Positions 8,717 through 17,401 of a stretch of 32,000 bases of DNA are shown one piece after another. The notes beneath the pieces were generated by a model that was not told the DNA's origin, searched no databases, and saw only the letters and a list, made by a program, of their open reading frames with translations. This DNA is from Thermodesulfobacteriota bacterium. Its GTDB lineage: Bacteria > Desulfobacterota > WTBG01 > JAGOGO01. The stretch is from positions 735,622 through 767,621 of the forward strand of contig CP113000.1 of assembly GCA_026625185.1 (NCBI GenBank). The letters run 5' to 3'. Position 1 is the first letter of the stretch, and each line of letters begins with the position of its first letter. The translations under genes were made by a program, and so were the position numbers.

Positions 8717-8745
8717 TTGACAATGAGTTCATTCATTTATAAATT
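8717..8745 (+). promoter_or_regulatory. Candidate sigma70-type promoter of the yceD-rpmF-acd-fab operon
   Basis: TTGACA (8717-8722), then 15-17 nt, then TATAAAT (8738-8744). Lies about 27 nt upstream of the yceD TTG start. The spacer contains TTCATTCA (8728-8735). Confidence 0.5.
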
Positions 8746-8771
8746 TAAACCTAAACAAAAAAGGTTTAAGC

Positions 8772-9308
8772 TTGAATTATCGAGTCGAAGACATAACTAA
8801 AGAAGGAATTTTGGTCGAGGGAGAACGGGATGTCCATTGGCTAAAAGGCCTTTTCCCGGATAAGAAATCGTCGGAGTCTAAATTTATTGCTCCCCTCTCT
8901 TATGCTATTCACCTTTCACGGTCAGATTCCTTGGTTTTCGTAAGCGGGAGGATAAGTTTAAAAGTTGAGCTATCTTGTAGCCGGTGTTTAGAGCGTTTTA
9001 TTCTTTCGCTTAACCCGGATTTTGATATTTCTTTATCTCCCGCTCAATTTCAAAACCTTCCGGCTGAGATGGAACTTCAAAAGGAAGATTTGGATAAGGA
9101 GTTCTATGACGGAGAGGTTATTGATCTTGAGGCGATTATTCAACATCAGATAATTTTCGCTATGCCTTTTTACCCGCTTTGCCGTGAGAACTGTAAAGGC
9201 CTGTGCCCTCATTGTGGGATAAACAAAAACCAGGAAACCTGCCAGTGTTCAGATAAAGAATTTGTTGACCCCAGACTTTCGGGTTTGAAAAATTTTTTTA
9301 AAAAATAA
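8772..9308 (+). CDS. yceD: YceD/DUF177 family protein (large-subunit rRNA accumulation protein)
   Basis: Conserved position directly upstream of rpmF. C-terminal CxxC...CxxC (CKGLCPHCG). TTG start with AAGG 9 nt upstream. Confidence 0.8.
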   Translation: MNYRVEDITKEGILVEGERDVHWLKGLFPDKKSSESKFIAPLSYAIHLSRSDSLVFVSGRISLKVELSCSRCLERFILSLNPDFDISLSPAQFQNLPAEMELQKEDLDKEFYDGEVIDLEAIIQHQIIFAMPFYPLCRENCKGLCPHCGINKNQETCQCSDKEFVDPRLSGLKNFFKK

Positions 9309-9330
9309 TAAATATTTAACGGAGGATTTT

Positions 9331-9513
9331 ATGCCCTTACCACCGAAAAGACATTCTAACGCACGAAGAAAAAAACGGCGATCCCATGACCGGTTAAGCG
9401 CCCCCTCCTTAATTACGTGTTCCCATTGTGGAGAAAAAAAACCACCTCACCATGCATGTCCCCATTGCGGTTTCTATAAAGATCGTGAAGTGTTAAAAGT
9501 AGAAGAATCTTAA
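9331..9513 (+). CDS. rpmF: 50S ribosomal protein L32
   Basis: MPLPPKRHSNARRKKRRSHD plus the zinc ribbon CSHCG...CPHCG. GGAGG RBS. Confidence 0.95.
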   Translation: MPLPPKRHSNARRKKRRSHDRLSAPSLITCSHCGEKKPPHHACPHCGFYKDREVLKVEES

Positions 9514-9551
9514 TTTCTTGAGCAACCAACCTATAGAGGGATGAGTGAGCA

Positions 9552-10712
9552 ATGGATTATTTCTTAACCGAAGAGCAGAAAGAAATTCAGGAGCTGACCC
9601 GAAGAATTGCCGAAGAGAAAGTTCTACCCGTGCGAGCAGAACTGGATGAGCAAGAAAAGTTCCCTAGCGAAATTTTAAATACTTTGGGAGAAACAGGATT
9701 ATCCGGCGTCTACGTTCCCAAAGAATATGGTGGTTTTGGAGGAGGAGTATTTGATTTGTGTCTGGTGATCGAACAATTGAGCCGGATCTGCTCAGCAGTA
9801 GCCGTGAGTTATGCCTGTAATGGTTTGGGCTCCTACCCGATTATTATGTTTGGAAATGAGGAACAAAAGCAAAAATACCTTCCGGATATTGCTTCCGGGA
9901 AAAAGCTTGCCGCCTTTGGGCTCACCGAGCCTAATGCGGGCAGTGATGCCGGAGGGATTCAAACGACTGCAAAAAAAACAGGGGATCACTATATCCTCAA
10001 CGGCACCAAACAATGGATTACCAATGGAGAAGAGGCAGATACGTATGTAGTCATCGCCTTGACTGATAAATCAAAAGGTCCCAGGGGGGCTAGTGCCTTT
10101 ATCCTCGAAAAGGGGATGAAAGGGTTTACCTTTGGAAAAAAGGAGAAGAAACTGGGGATCAGAGCGTCAGCCACCTGCTCTCTCTTTTTTGAGGATTGTG
10201 TAGTGCCCAAAGAAAACCTTCTGGGAAAAGAAGGGTTGGGATTTCTAATTACGATGAGAAACCTGGATAAATCTCGACCGGGCATTGGTTCTCAGGCCGT
10301 TGGGTTAGCTCAAGGAGCTATGGAAGAAGCGATAAGGTTTTCCCGTGAACGGGTTCAGTTTGGTAAACCAATCGTTTCTTTTCAAGCGGTCCAGCATCTG
10401 TTAGCTGATATGGCGATCCAAATCGAGGCTGCTCGCGCCTTAGTTTATTCTGTGGCGCGCTACATTGATTCCGCTCCTAAAGAGATCTCTAAGGAGTCCT
10501 CTTTTGCCAAGGTCTTTGCCAGTGATGTGGCGATGAAGGTAACGATTGATGCCATCCAGGTGTTTGGAGGCTCAGGATACATGAGGGAATACCCGGTGGA
10601 AAAGATGATGCGGGATGCCAAGATCCTCCAGATTTATGAAGGTACTAATCAAATTCAGAGGAATGTCATCGGCCTCTATTTAAATAAAGAATACGCTCGA
10701 AAGGGAAAATAA
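9552..10712 (+). CDS. Acyl-CoA dehydrogenase (short/medium-chain, butyryl-CoA dehydrogenase-like)
   Basis: 386 aa. Blocks GLTEPNAGSD, WITNG and QIYEGTNQIQR, with the C-terminal catalytic region typical of ACADs. Confidence 0.9.
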   Translation: MDYFLTEEQKEIQELTRRIAEEKVLPVRAELDEQEKFPSEILNTLGETGLSGVYVPKEYGGFGGGVFDLCLVIEQLSRICSAVAVSYACNGLGSYPIIMFGNEEQKQKYLPDIASGKKLAAFGLTEPNAGSDAGGIQTTAKKTGDHYILNGTKQWITNGEEADTYVVIALTDKSKGPRGASAFILEKGMKGFTFGKKEKKLGIRASATCSLFFEDCVVPKENLLGKEGLGFLITMRNLDKSRPGIGSQAVGLAQGAMEEAIRFSRERVQFGKPIVSFQAVQHLLADMAIQIEAARALVYSVARYIDSAPKEISKESSFAKVFASDVAMKVTIDAIQVFGGSGYMREYPVEKMMRDAKILQIYEGTNQIQRNVIGLYLNKEYARKGK

Positions 10713-10726
10713 GCAGGGAGACTGAG

Positions 10727-11668
10727 ATGGGCAAAATCGCTTTTATTTTTCCAGGGCAAGGCACTCAAACTGTGGGGATGGGAAAAAACCTGTGTGATAA
10801 TTTCAAAGAAGCCCGAGAGGTGTTTGCTGAGGCAGACGAGGCGCTCAGGTTTAAGCTTTCTTCCCTTTGTTTTGACGGCTCGGAAAAAGAACTAAACCTG
10901 ACGGTCAATACTCAGCCCGCGGTACTGACAGTAAGCACGGCCTGCCTCCGAGTGATAGAAAAAAACTTAGGGATAACCCCGGATTATATGGCCGGACATA
11001 GCCTGGGAGAATATTCGGCGTTAGTTGGGACAAAAGCTTTTAGTTTTTCCGATGGCGTTAAGGCGGTTCAGAAACGCGGCCAGTTTATGCAGGAGGCGGT
11101 TCCGGAAGGAGAGGGCGGCATGGCTGCTGTTTTGGGTTTAAGCCGAGCACAGGTTGAAGAGGTCTGTCAAGAAGCAGCCCAAGGGGAGGTTATGACCCCT
11201 GCTAACTTTAATTGTCCCGGACAGATCGTGATCTCAGGTGCGACCAAAGCTCTTGGGCGGGCTATTGTTTTAGCCAAAGAAAAAGGTTCTAAAACAGTGG
11301 TGTTATCGGTGAGCGCTCCTTTTCACAGCGCACTCATGGAACCAGCCGCGCAAAAGTTAAAAAATTATTTGAACGATGTAGTGATAACCCCGCTTGGTTA
11401 CCCTGTGGTTACCAATGTTGAAGCTATGCCAAACCAGGAAGCCAGCCTGGTGAAGGAAATTCTGATTAAGCAGGTAACGCATCCGGTTCTCTGGGAAGAT
11501 TCGATTACGGCAATGAGGGAAAGAGGCGTTACTACGTATGTGGAAATCGGGCCGGGAAAAGTGTTAAGCGGTTTGGTGAAAAAGATAGATAAAACAGCGA
11601 CACTATTTAATGTGGAGAATACCGAAAGCCTCAAAAAATTGGAGAAGATATGGAAGGAGATCCATTAA
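10727..11668 (+). CDS. fabD: Malonyl CoA-ACP transacylase
   Basis: FPGQGTQ, GHSLGEYSAL and PFHSALM blocks. Operon context. Confidence 0.95.
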   Translation: MGKIAFIFPGQGTQTVGMGKNLCDNFKEAREVFAEADEALRFKLSSLCFDGSEKELNLTVNTQPAVLTVSTACLRVIEKNLGITPDYMAGHSLGEYSALVGTKAFSFSDGVKAVQKRGQFMQEAVPEGEGGMAAVLGLSRAQVEEVCQEAAQGEVMTPANFNCPGQIVISGATKALGRAIVLAKEKGSKTVVLSVSAPFHSALMEPAAQKLKNYLNDVVITPLGYPVVTNVEAMPNQEASLVKEILIKQVTHPVLWEDSITAMRERGVTTYVEIGPGKVLSGLVKKIDKTATLFNVENTESLKKLEKIWKEIH

Positions 11669-12405
11669 AACTTCACGATAGGGTGGCGATTATAACCGGC
11701 GGAGCACAGGGGATCGGGCGGGCCATCGGATTACTTCTGGCTCAAAACGGCGCGGACATCGTTATTGCGGATAAAAACGACCAGCAGGCTGAGGAGACTG
11801 TTCAGGAAATTTCATTGTTAGGACGCAAGTCCTTAGCGGTTAAGGTCGATGTTTCCAATTTTTCGGAAGCGGAAAAACTCGGGAAAACGGTTTTTGATGC
11901 GTTTGGGAGGATTGATATTTTAGTCAATAATGCCGGGATCACCCGAGACGGACTTTTTTTGAGGATGAAAGAAGAGGAATGGGATGAGGTTATCGCAATT
12001 AACCTTAAAAGTGTTTTTAATTGTTCAAAAGGCGTTATTCGTTACCTGGGAAAACAAAGAGGTGGCAAGATAATTAGTGTTGCTTCGGTGGTCGGACAAA
12101 TGGGAAACATTGGCCAGGCAAATTATGCAGCCTCTAAAGCTGGGATTATCGGTTTTACCAAAACCTTGGCTCGGGAATTTGCCTCCCGGAGAATAATGGT
12201 TAACGCCGTAGCCCCGGGATTCATTGAAACCGATATGACGCGTACCCTTCCTGAAAAGGTCAGGGAAGAATTTATCAGCAATATACCGTTGGGCCGGATG
12301 GGGACCCCGGAAGAAATAGCTGAGGCGGTTCTCTTTTTGGCAAGTGATGCTTCTAATTATATTACCGGCCAGGTGATAAATGTAAATGGTGGATTATATA
12401 TGTAA
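11650..12405 (+). CDS. fabG: 3-oxoacyl-ACP reductase
   Basis: SDR motifs TGGAQGIG, NNAG and YAASKAG. Overlaps the fabD end by 19 nt. Confidence 0.9.
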   Translation: MEGDPLKLHDRVAIITGGAQGIGRAIGLLLAQNGADIVIADKNDQQAEETVQEISLLGRKSLAVKVDVSNFSEAEKLGKTVFDAFGRIDILVNNAGITRDGLFLRMKEEEWDEVIAINLKSVFNCSKGVIRYLGKQRGGKIISVASVVGQMGNIGQANYAASKAGIIGFTKTLAREFASRRIMVNAVAPGFIETDMTRTLPEKVREEFISNIPLGRMGTPEEIAEAVLFLASDASNYITGQVINVNGGLYM

Positions 12406-12430
12406 AGAAATTAATTGAAGGAGGTGCAGG

Positions 12431-12667
12431 ATGGCAAGTGACATTGAAAAAAAGGTAAAGGCAATCGTTATGGAACAGCTCGGGGTAAGTGAAGAGGAAT
12501 TAAAACCCGAAGCATCGTTTGTTGATGATTTGGGTGCGGACTCCCTGGATCTGGTGGAGTTGGTGATGGCCCTGGAAGAAGAATTTGGTCAAGAGATCCC
12601 GGATGAGGACGCTGAAAAAATAACGACGGTCCAGGACGCGATCAATTATATCAATGAACGCCTTTAA
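12431..12667 (+). CDS. acpP: Acyl carrier protein
   Basis: [20 protein letters not shown] phosphopantetheine-site block. Strong GAAGGAGG RBS. Confidence 0.95.
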   Translation: MASDIEKKVKAIVMEQLGVSEEELKPEASFVDDLGADSLDLVELVMALEEEFGQEIPDEDAEKITTVQDAINYINERL

Positions 12668-12693
12668 TTATTCTTTTGGGGGTCAGTTCACAC

Positions 12694-13929
12694 ATGCGAA
12701 GAGTTGTCATAACCGGCGTTGGTCCTTTAACCCCGGTAGGAATCGGTAAACAAAATACCTGGAAAGCAATCTGCGAAGGAAAGTCGGGCATCGACCATAT
12801 CACCAAATTCGATGCTACCGGTTACCGTTCTCGAATCGCCGGAGAAGTAAAGGGGTTTAAACCCGAAGAGTTTCTCGAGCAAAAGGAGATCAAACGGACT
12901 GATCTTTTTGTGCAATATGCTGTGGCCGCCACAAAAATGGCTCTTGGAGATGCGAATTTTTTTGTAGGCAACGGCAATGCTGAGAGAACCGGGGTTATCA
13001 TTGGGACCGGCCTTGGGGGTCTGAACACGTTGGAAAAAAACCATAAAACCCTTCTTGAAAAAGGCCAGAATAAGGTATCGCCTTTTTTGATTCCGATGAT
13101 GATTCCCAATATGGCCCCCGGCCAGATCGCTATCTTTTGCGGCGCTAAAGGGCCGAACACCTGTGTGGTGACCGCTTGCGCTTCCGGAACTCATGCGATC
13201 GGAGAGGCGTTTAAGGTGATTCAACAGGGGTGCGCTGATGCAATGATTACCGGCGGCACTGAAGCTACCATCACCCCCTTAGCGCTCAGTGGTTTTTGTA
13301 ACATGAAGGCGCTTTCTGCTCACAACAATGACCCAAAAAAAGCGAGCCGTCCCTTTGATAAAAATCGGGATGGATTTGTCATAGCTGAGGGTGCAGGAAT
13401 TATCATTCTGGAAGAGTTGGAGTTGGCAAAAAAACGCGGGGCAAATATCTACTGTGAAATATTAGGTTATGGCCTTAATGGGGATGCTTACCATATCACC
13501 GCTCCTTCTCCGGGCGGTGAAGGAGCAATGCAGTGTATTAAAGTAGCTTTAGAGGACGCTAAGATTGCTCCCGAGAAGATTGATTATATCAATGCGCATG
13601 GGACCTCAACCCCTTTTAATGACCTATGCGAGACCATTGCCATAAAAAAGGTTTTTACCGAGCATAGTAAACGTCTTATGGTCAGTTCCACCAAATCCAT
13701 GACGGGCCATCCTCTTGGCGCTGCAGGAGGCATGGAAGCAATATTTGCCGCCCTGGCAATAAAAACGGGCATTATCCCTCCCACCATCAATTATGAAATT
13801 CGTGACCCCGAATGCGACTTGGACTATGTGCCGAATCACGCTCGAGAAGGGAACATTGCCTATGCGCTCTCCAATTCTTTTGGTTTTGGAGGGACGAATG
13901 CTTGCCTGGTTTTTAAAAAATTTGAATAA
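12694..13929 (+). CDS. fabF: 3-oxoacyl-ACP synthase II
   Basis: MRRVVITGVG start, active-site ACASG, HGTSTP and GHPLGAAG blocks. ATG 12694 is preferred over TTG 12676. Confidence 0.95.
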   Translation: MRRVVITGVGPLTPVGIGKQNTWKAICEGKSGIDHITKFDATGYRSRIAGEVKGFKPEEFLEQKEIKRTDLFVQYAVAATKMALGDANFFVGNGNAERTGVIIGTGLGGLNTLEKNHKTLLEKGQNKVSPFLIPMMIPNMAPGQIAIFCGAKGPNTCVVTACASGTHAIGEAFKVIQQGCADAMITGGTEATITPLALSGFCNMKALSAHNNDPKKASRPFDKNRDGFVIAEGAGIIILEELELAKKRGANIYCEILGYGLNGDAYHITAPSPGGEGAMQCIKVALEDAKIAPEKIDYINAHGTSTPFNDLCETIAIKKVFTEHSKRLMVSSTKSMTGHPLGAAGGMEAIFAALAIKTGIIPPTINYEIRDPECDLDYVPNHAREGNIAYALSNSFGFGGTNACLVFKKFE

Positions 13930-13944
13930 GACCGATTTATTGTT

Positions 13945-14403
13945 ATGAAAGTTATCTTAGCCAGTGACCATCGAGGATACCAGCTGAAAGACTCGCTTAA
14001 AAAGTTTCTTGAGGAGAAGAAGATCGAATTCCTTGATGTGGGAACTTTTTCTGCTGATTCGGTGGACTATCCGGACTTTGCCATGCTTGCTGCGGAAAAA
14101 GTTTCTCGCGGTGACTATGACCGAGGAATTCTTATTTGCGGGTCCGGAATCGGAATGTGTATTGTGGCCAATAAATTCACCGGAGTTCGCGCAGCTCTCT
14201 GTCACGATGTTTTTACAGCTGAAATGAGCCGTAAGCATAATGATAGCAACATGTTGGTACTGGGAGCAGATGTTATGAATGAGGAATTAGCCCGAAAAAT
14301 TTTGCTGGTTTGGTTAGAAACAAGATTTGACGGAGGAAGGCATCTCCGCCGTATTCAAAAAATCTCTGAGATAGAGTCACGCCTGGGGAAACATTGCCAA
14401 TAA
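13945..14403 (+). CDS. rpiB: Ribose 5-phosphate isomerase B
   Basis: MKVILASDHRGY and CGSGIGMCIVANK blocks. 152 aa. Confidence 0.9.
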   Translation: MKVILASDHRGYQLKDSLKKFLEEKKIEFLDVGTFSADSVDYPDFAMLAAEKVSRGDYDRGILICGSGIGMCIVANKFTGVRAALCHDVFTAEMSRKHNDSNMLVLGADVMNEELARKILLVWLETRFDGGRHLRRIQKISEIESRLGKHCQ

Positions 14404-14443
14404 ACCGGCTTAAGACTAAGTAACGATTTCTTGGATTAAAACA

Positions 14444-14893
14444 ATGCCGCGACCAACTTGGGATGAATATTTTATGGAAATTACGAAGCTCGTGGCGAGG
14501 CGTTCAACTTGCAAACGCCGCCAGGTTGGCGCTCTTTTAGTTAAAAACAAACGGATTCTCGCAACCGGTTACAATGGGGCACCTTCCGGGCTTTCCCATT
14601 GCTTAGATACCGGGTGTTTGCGAGAACAGGAACAGATTCCTTCGGGTGAAAGACACGAACTGTGTCGGGGACTTCACGCTGAACAAAATATTATTATCCA
14701 GGCTGCCTACCATGGGGTAAGCATCAATGGCTCGGTTCTTTACTGCACAAACATGCCCTGCAGTATCTGCATGAAGATGATTATCAGCGCAGGTATCACC
14801 AAAATTATTTATGAGGATGGTTATTCTGATTATTTAGCCGAACGGATCCTCAACGAGTCCTCTATAAAAATTCAGAAGTATCAACCAAGCTAA
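14444..14893 (+). CDS. Deoxycytidylate (dCMP) deaminase, ComEB family
   Basis: Cytidine/deoxycytidylate deaminase zinc motifs HAEQN and PCSICMKMI. 149 aa. Confidence 0.85.
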   Translation: MPRPTWDEYFMEITKLVARRSTCKRRQVGALLVKNKRILATGYNGAPSGLSHCLDTGCLREQEQIPSGERHELCRGLHAEQNIIIQAAYHGVSINGSVLYCTNMPCSICMKMIISAGITKIIYEDGYSDYLAERILNESSIKIQKYQPS

Positions 14894-14961
14894 ATTTCCG
14901 GAAAGAGAGAGTCCAACCAGTTTTGTTTCTCTCTTTTTGTCATCTGAATTCTAAGAGTACT

Positions 14962-15342
14962 ATGGATAGAAGAAATAAAACTGTTTTTGTTCTTATCCTT
15001 CTTTACTTAGGATTTATCGCTGGTGGATCATTGTCCGCGATTCCTCCGCTTAAAATAGAAATTCCGAACTTGGACAAGGTGATCCATGTTTTGCTCTATA
15101 TTCCCTTAGGATTCCTTTTAAGCTTTCTGAAAATTTTCTCTGGTTTTTTTTTAAATTTTTTTCTTCCCTTAGGGTTCGGCTCGCTATATGGAGCTATACT
15201 GGAACTGTTGCAGCATTTTGTTCCCGGACGGACTCTTTCTTTGGGGGATGAAATCGCTAATATCTTGGGGGTAGGCATCGGTCTGGGTCTTGGCTTTTTA
15301 GTCGAATTTTTAACGCATAAAAAACCTTCTCCAAGAATGTAA
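14962..15342 (+). CDS. VanZ-family membrane protein
   Basis: Multi-pass hydrophobic protein with HVLLYIPLGFLL and ELLQHFVPGRTLSLGDEIAN blocks. ATG 14962 is preferred over TTG 14923. Confidence 0.7.
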   Translation: MDRRNKTVFVLILLYLGFIAGGSLSAIPPLKIEIPNLDKVIHVLLYIPLGFLLSFLKIFSGFFLNFFLPLGFGSLYGAILELLQHFVPGRTLSLGDEIANILGVGIGLGLGFLVEFLTHKKPSPRM

Positions 15343-15428
15343 ATTTTCTTCTCTTTCAAAAGCAACGTTAAATCATTTCTCTATACTTTTTATCCTTAAG
15401 CTTTGTAACTGTTAATTCGAGGATAGTT

Positions 15429-16145
15429 ATGGAAATAATTGATTCGCATACCCACTGGGGCCCTTCAATAACCCTTATGGGAATGAACATTACGACTGAG
15501 GAACTTTTGCGGCAGGCAAAACAAAATGGAGTCGCAAAAATCGTTATTTTCCCCTTTCCTTCTACCGCTATTGCTGATGAGGGTATAAATGAAAACCTTC
15601 TTTTAGAGACCCAAAGGATTGAAGAATTTATTCCTTATTATTATATACCCGAAGATCTTAGGCCTATCCCTCACGAGAAGGGTTTTTACGGAGGTAAATG
15701 GCATTGGGTGAGAGGAATCCAAGACTGCTCATCAAATTATGAGGTTTTGGAAGATCCGGGGGTGAATGAATTTATTCAGGCCTCCGAGCGCATTGACCTC
15801 CCAATTATTTTTGAGGAGGATTTAGCCTTTACGGAGATATTTGTTAAACGCACCAAAAGCCTTAAGCTTATTATCCCCCATATGGGAATGTTAGGAGGAA
15901 GTCCGTTAGACTTTCTCAAAGCCTTCGCAAAATATCCGAATGTTTATTTTGACACTTCCTTGGCTGGTTCCGGAGTGGTAAAAAGGTTTATCGAAAAAAT
16001 TGGTCCCGAGCGGATTATTTTTGGTTCTGATATCCCGTTTGGTACGATGAAGAATGAATTAGAAAAAATTCTCTCATTAAAATTGAGAACTAATGAAAAA
16101 GAGTTAGTGCTTTCGGAAAATTTAAAAAGATTGATCAGATTTTAA
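15429..16145 (+). CDS. Metal-dependent amidohydrolase-fold (TIM barrel) hydrolase
   Basis: N-terminal IDSHTHWG, later IPHMG and FGSDIPF, as in the amidohydrolase_2-type family. GAGGA RBS. Confidence 0.65.
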   Translation: MEIIDSHTHWGPSITLMGMNITTEELLRQAKQNGVAKIVIFPFPSTAIADEGINENLLLETQRIEEFIPYYYIPEDLRPIPHEKGFYGGKWHWVRGIQDCSSNYEVLEDPGVNEFIQASERIDLPIIFEEDLAFTEIFVKRTKSLKLIIPHMGMLGGSPLDFLKAFAKYPNVYFDTSLAGSGVVKRFIEKIGPERIIFGSDIPFGTMKNELEKILSLKLRTNEKELVLSENLKRLIRF

Positions 16146-16493
16146 AGTTTAACCAGTGTTCTTTTTAACGCCCCCCGGAGACCTGACTTATGATCGGTCA
16201 ACACAGCAGAATCAGTTTATTAGTTTAATCTTTTGTATGATAATATGCATTTTTGGTTGGAAAATTTTGCAACTTGTTTAACAACATGAAAAAAATTTGA
16301 CAGGTTTTTTAAGATGATGGTTTTTATTTAACCTTTTGCTAAAAACAAAATATTCTTGTTTTTTAATATGTTAAGCAAATTTAAGTTCCTTGGCATAGGC
16401 TTTGCTTTTTGATCTATTTTACCTCACGTAAAACAGTTAAAAAAATTAACACTTACTTTTTGAGTTATAGATTATTTATCTCTCCACTTCCAT

Positions 16494-16522
16494 TTGACTG
16501 ACAAAAAAGGGTAGTGTATCAT
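16494..16522 (+). promoter_or_regulatory. Candidate sigma70-type promoter of nfnAB
   Basis: TTGACT (16494-16499), 17 nt spacer, TATCAT (16517-16522). Lies 48 nt upstream of ATG 16571, which has an AAAGGAGAG RBS. Confidence 0.45.
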
Positions 16523-16570
16523 AGCTAATTCTTTATTTTCCCCCAGATAAAAAAGAAAGGAGAGCTATAA

Positions 16571-17383
16571 ATGTTCAAGATCGTAGAAAAAAAAGTTTTG
16601 GGTCAGGATATCAAGCTTTTTAAAATTGAAGCGCCGGATATCTCTAAAAAGGCAAAACCGGGAATGTTTGTGATCGTCAAAATTGGTGAAAAAGGGGAAC
16701 GAATCCCTCTTACCATCAATGACTTTGATCCGCAAAAAGGAACAGTCACTATTGTATTTCAGGAAGTTGGAAAAACGACCATGATGCTCGGCCGTTTAAA
16801 GGGAGGAGATGTGATTGAAGATTTGGTGGGACCATTGGGGAAGCCCACCGAAATAGAGAACTTTGGCAAAGTTGTCTGTGTCGGAGGAGGGGTGGGCACA
16901 GCAGTAATTTATCCCGTGACCCGAGGTCTCTTTCAGGCTGGAAACCAAATAATTGGCATTGTTGGGGCGAGAAATAAGGATCTGCTTATTTTCGAAGAGG
17001 AGATGAAAGACTTCTGCCATCGTCTGATAATCACCACTGACGACGGCAGTAAAGGGCATCATGGGTTGGTTACCGATGTTTTAAAGCAAATCCTCGCGGA
17101 AGAGAAGATTGATCGGGTCATTGCCATTGGTCCTACCATCATGATGAAATTCGTTGTGAAAACAACCCAGCCCTTCGGCATTCCTACTATCGTGAGCCTT
17201 AACTCCATCATGATCGATGCTACCGGGATGTGTGGCGTGTGTCGGGTGAATGTGGGAAATGAGACCAAGTTTGCCTGTGTTCATGGTCCGGAATTTGATG
17301 GTCATAAAGTTGACTTCGATCTGCTTATGAGCCGGCTTAATCAATACAAAGAAGAAGAAAAAATCGCGTTAACGACGTTATGA
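16571..17383 (+). CDS. nfnA: NfnA/SudB-type FAD/NAD-binding subunit with 2Fe-2S (ferredoxin:NADP oxidoreductase small subunit)
   Basis: 270 aa dihydroorotate-dehydrogenase-electron-transfer-like protein. C-terminal CGVCRV...C cluster. Paired with a GltD-like subunit. Confidence 0.8.
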   Translation: MFKIVEKKVLGQDIKLFKIEAPDISKKAKPGMFVIVKIGEKGERIPLTINDFDPQKGTVTIVFQEVGKTTMMLGRLKGGDVIEDLVGPLGKPTEIENFGKVVCVGGGVGTAVIYPVTRGLFQAGNQIIGIVGARNKDLLIFEEEMKDFCHRLIITTDDGSKGHHGLVTDVLKQILAEEKIDRVIAIGPTIMMKFVVKTTQPFGIPTIVSLNSIMIDATGMCGVCRVNVGNETKFACVHGPEFDGHKVDFDLLMSRLNQYKEEEKIALTTL

Positions 17384-17401
17384 TTTTAAGAGGAGATCCC
17401 C

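Noticed and set aside
8542-8736. 64-aa minus-strand ORF in the mltD/yceD divergent promoter region
   Set aside because: It sits in extremely AT-rich DNA, overlaps the putative yceD promoter, and encodes a Lys/Phe/Ile-rich product typical of random AT-rich ORFs.
12727-13224. 165-aa and 112-aa antisense ORFs inside fabF, and similar antisense ORFs inside pepA (155-448), the nucleotidase (5246-5819), nfnA/nfnB (16796-17821), the K+ channel (23394-23834) and the RAYT gene (27083-27478)
   Set aside because: All lie opposite well-supported conserved genes, lack RBSs and have skewed compositions. These are shadow ORFs.
15763-15778. Near-palindrome TGAATGAATTTATTCA resembling the FadR operator
   Set aside because: It lies inside the amidohydrolase coding sequence (GVNEFIQ). 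Its half-site spacing (7+2+7) differs from the 22394 dyad (7+4+7), and it has one asymmetric position. Probably chance in AT-rich DNA.
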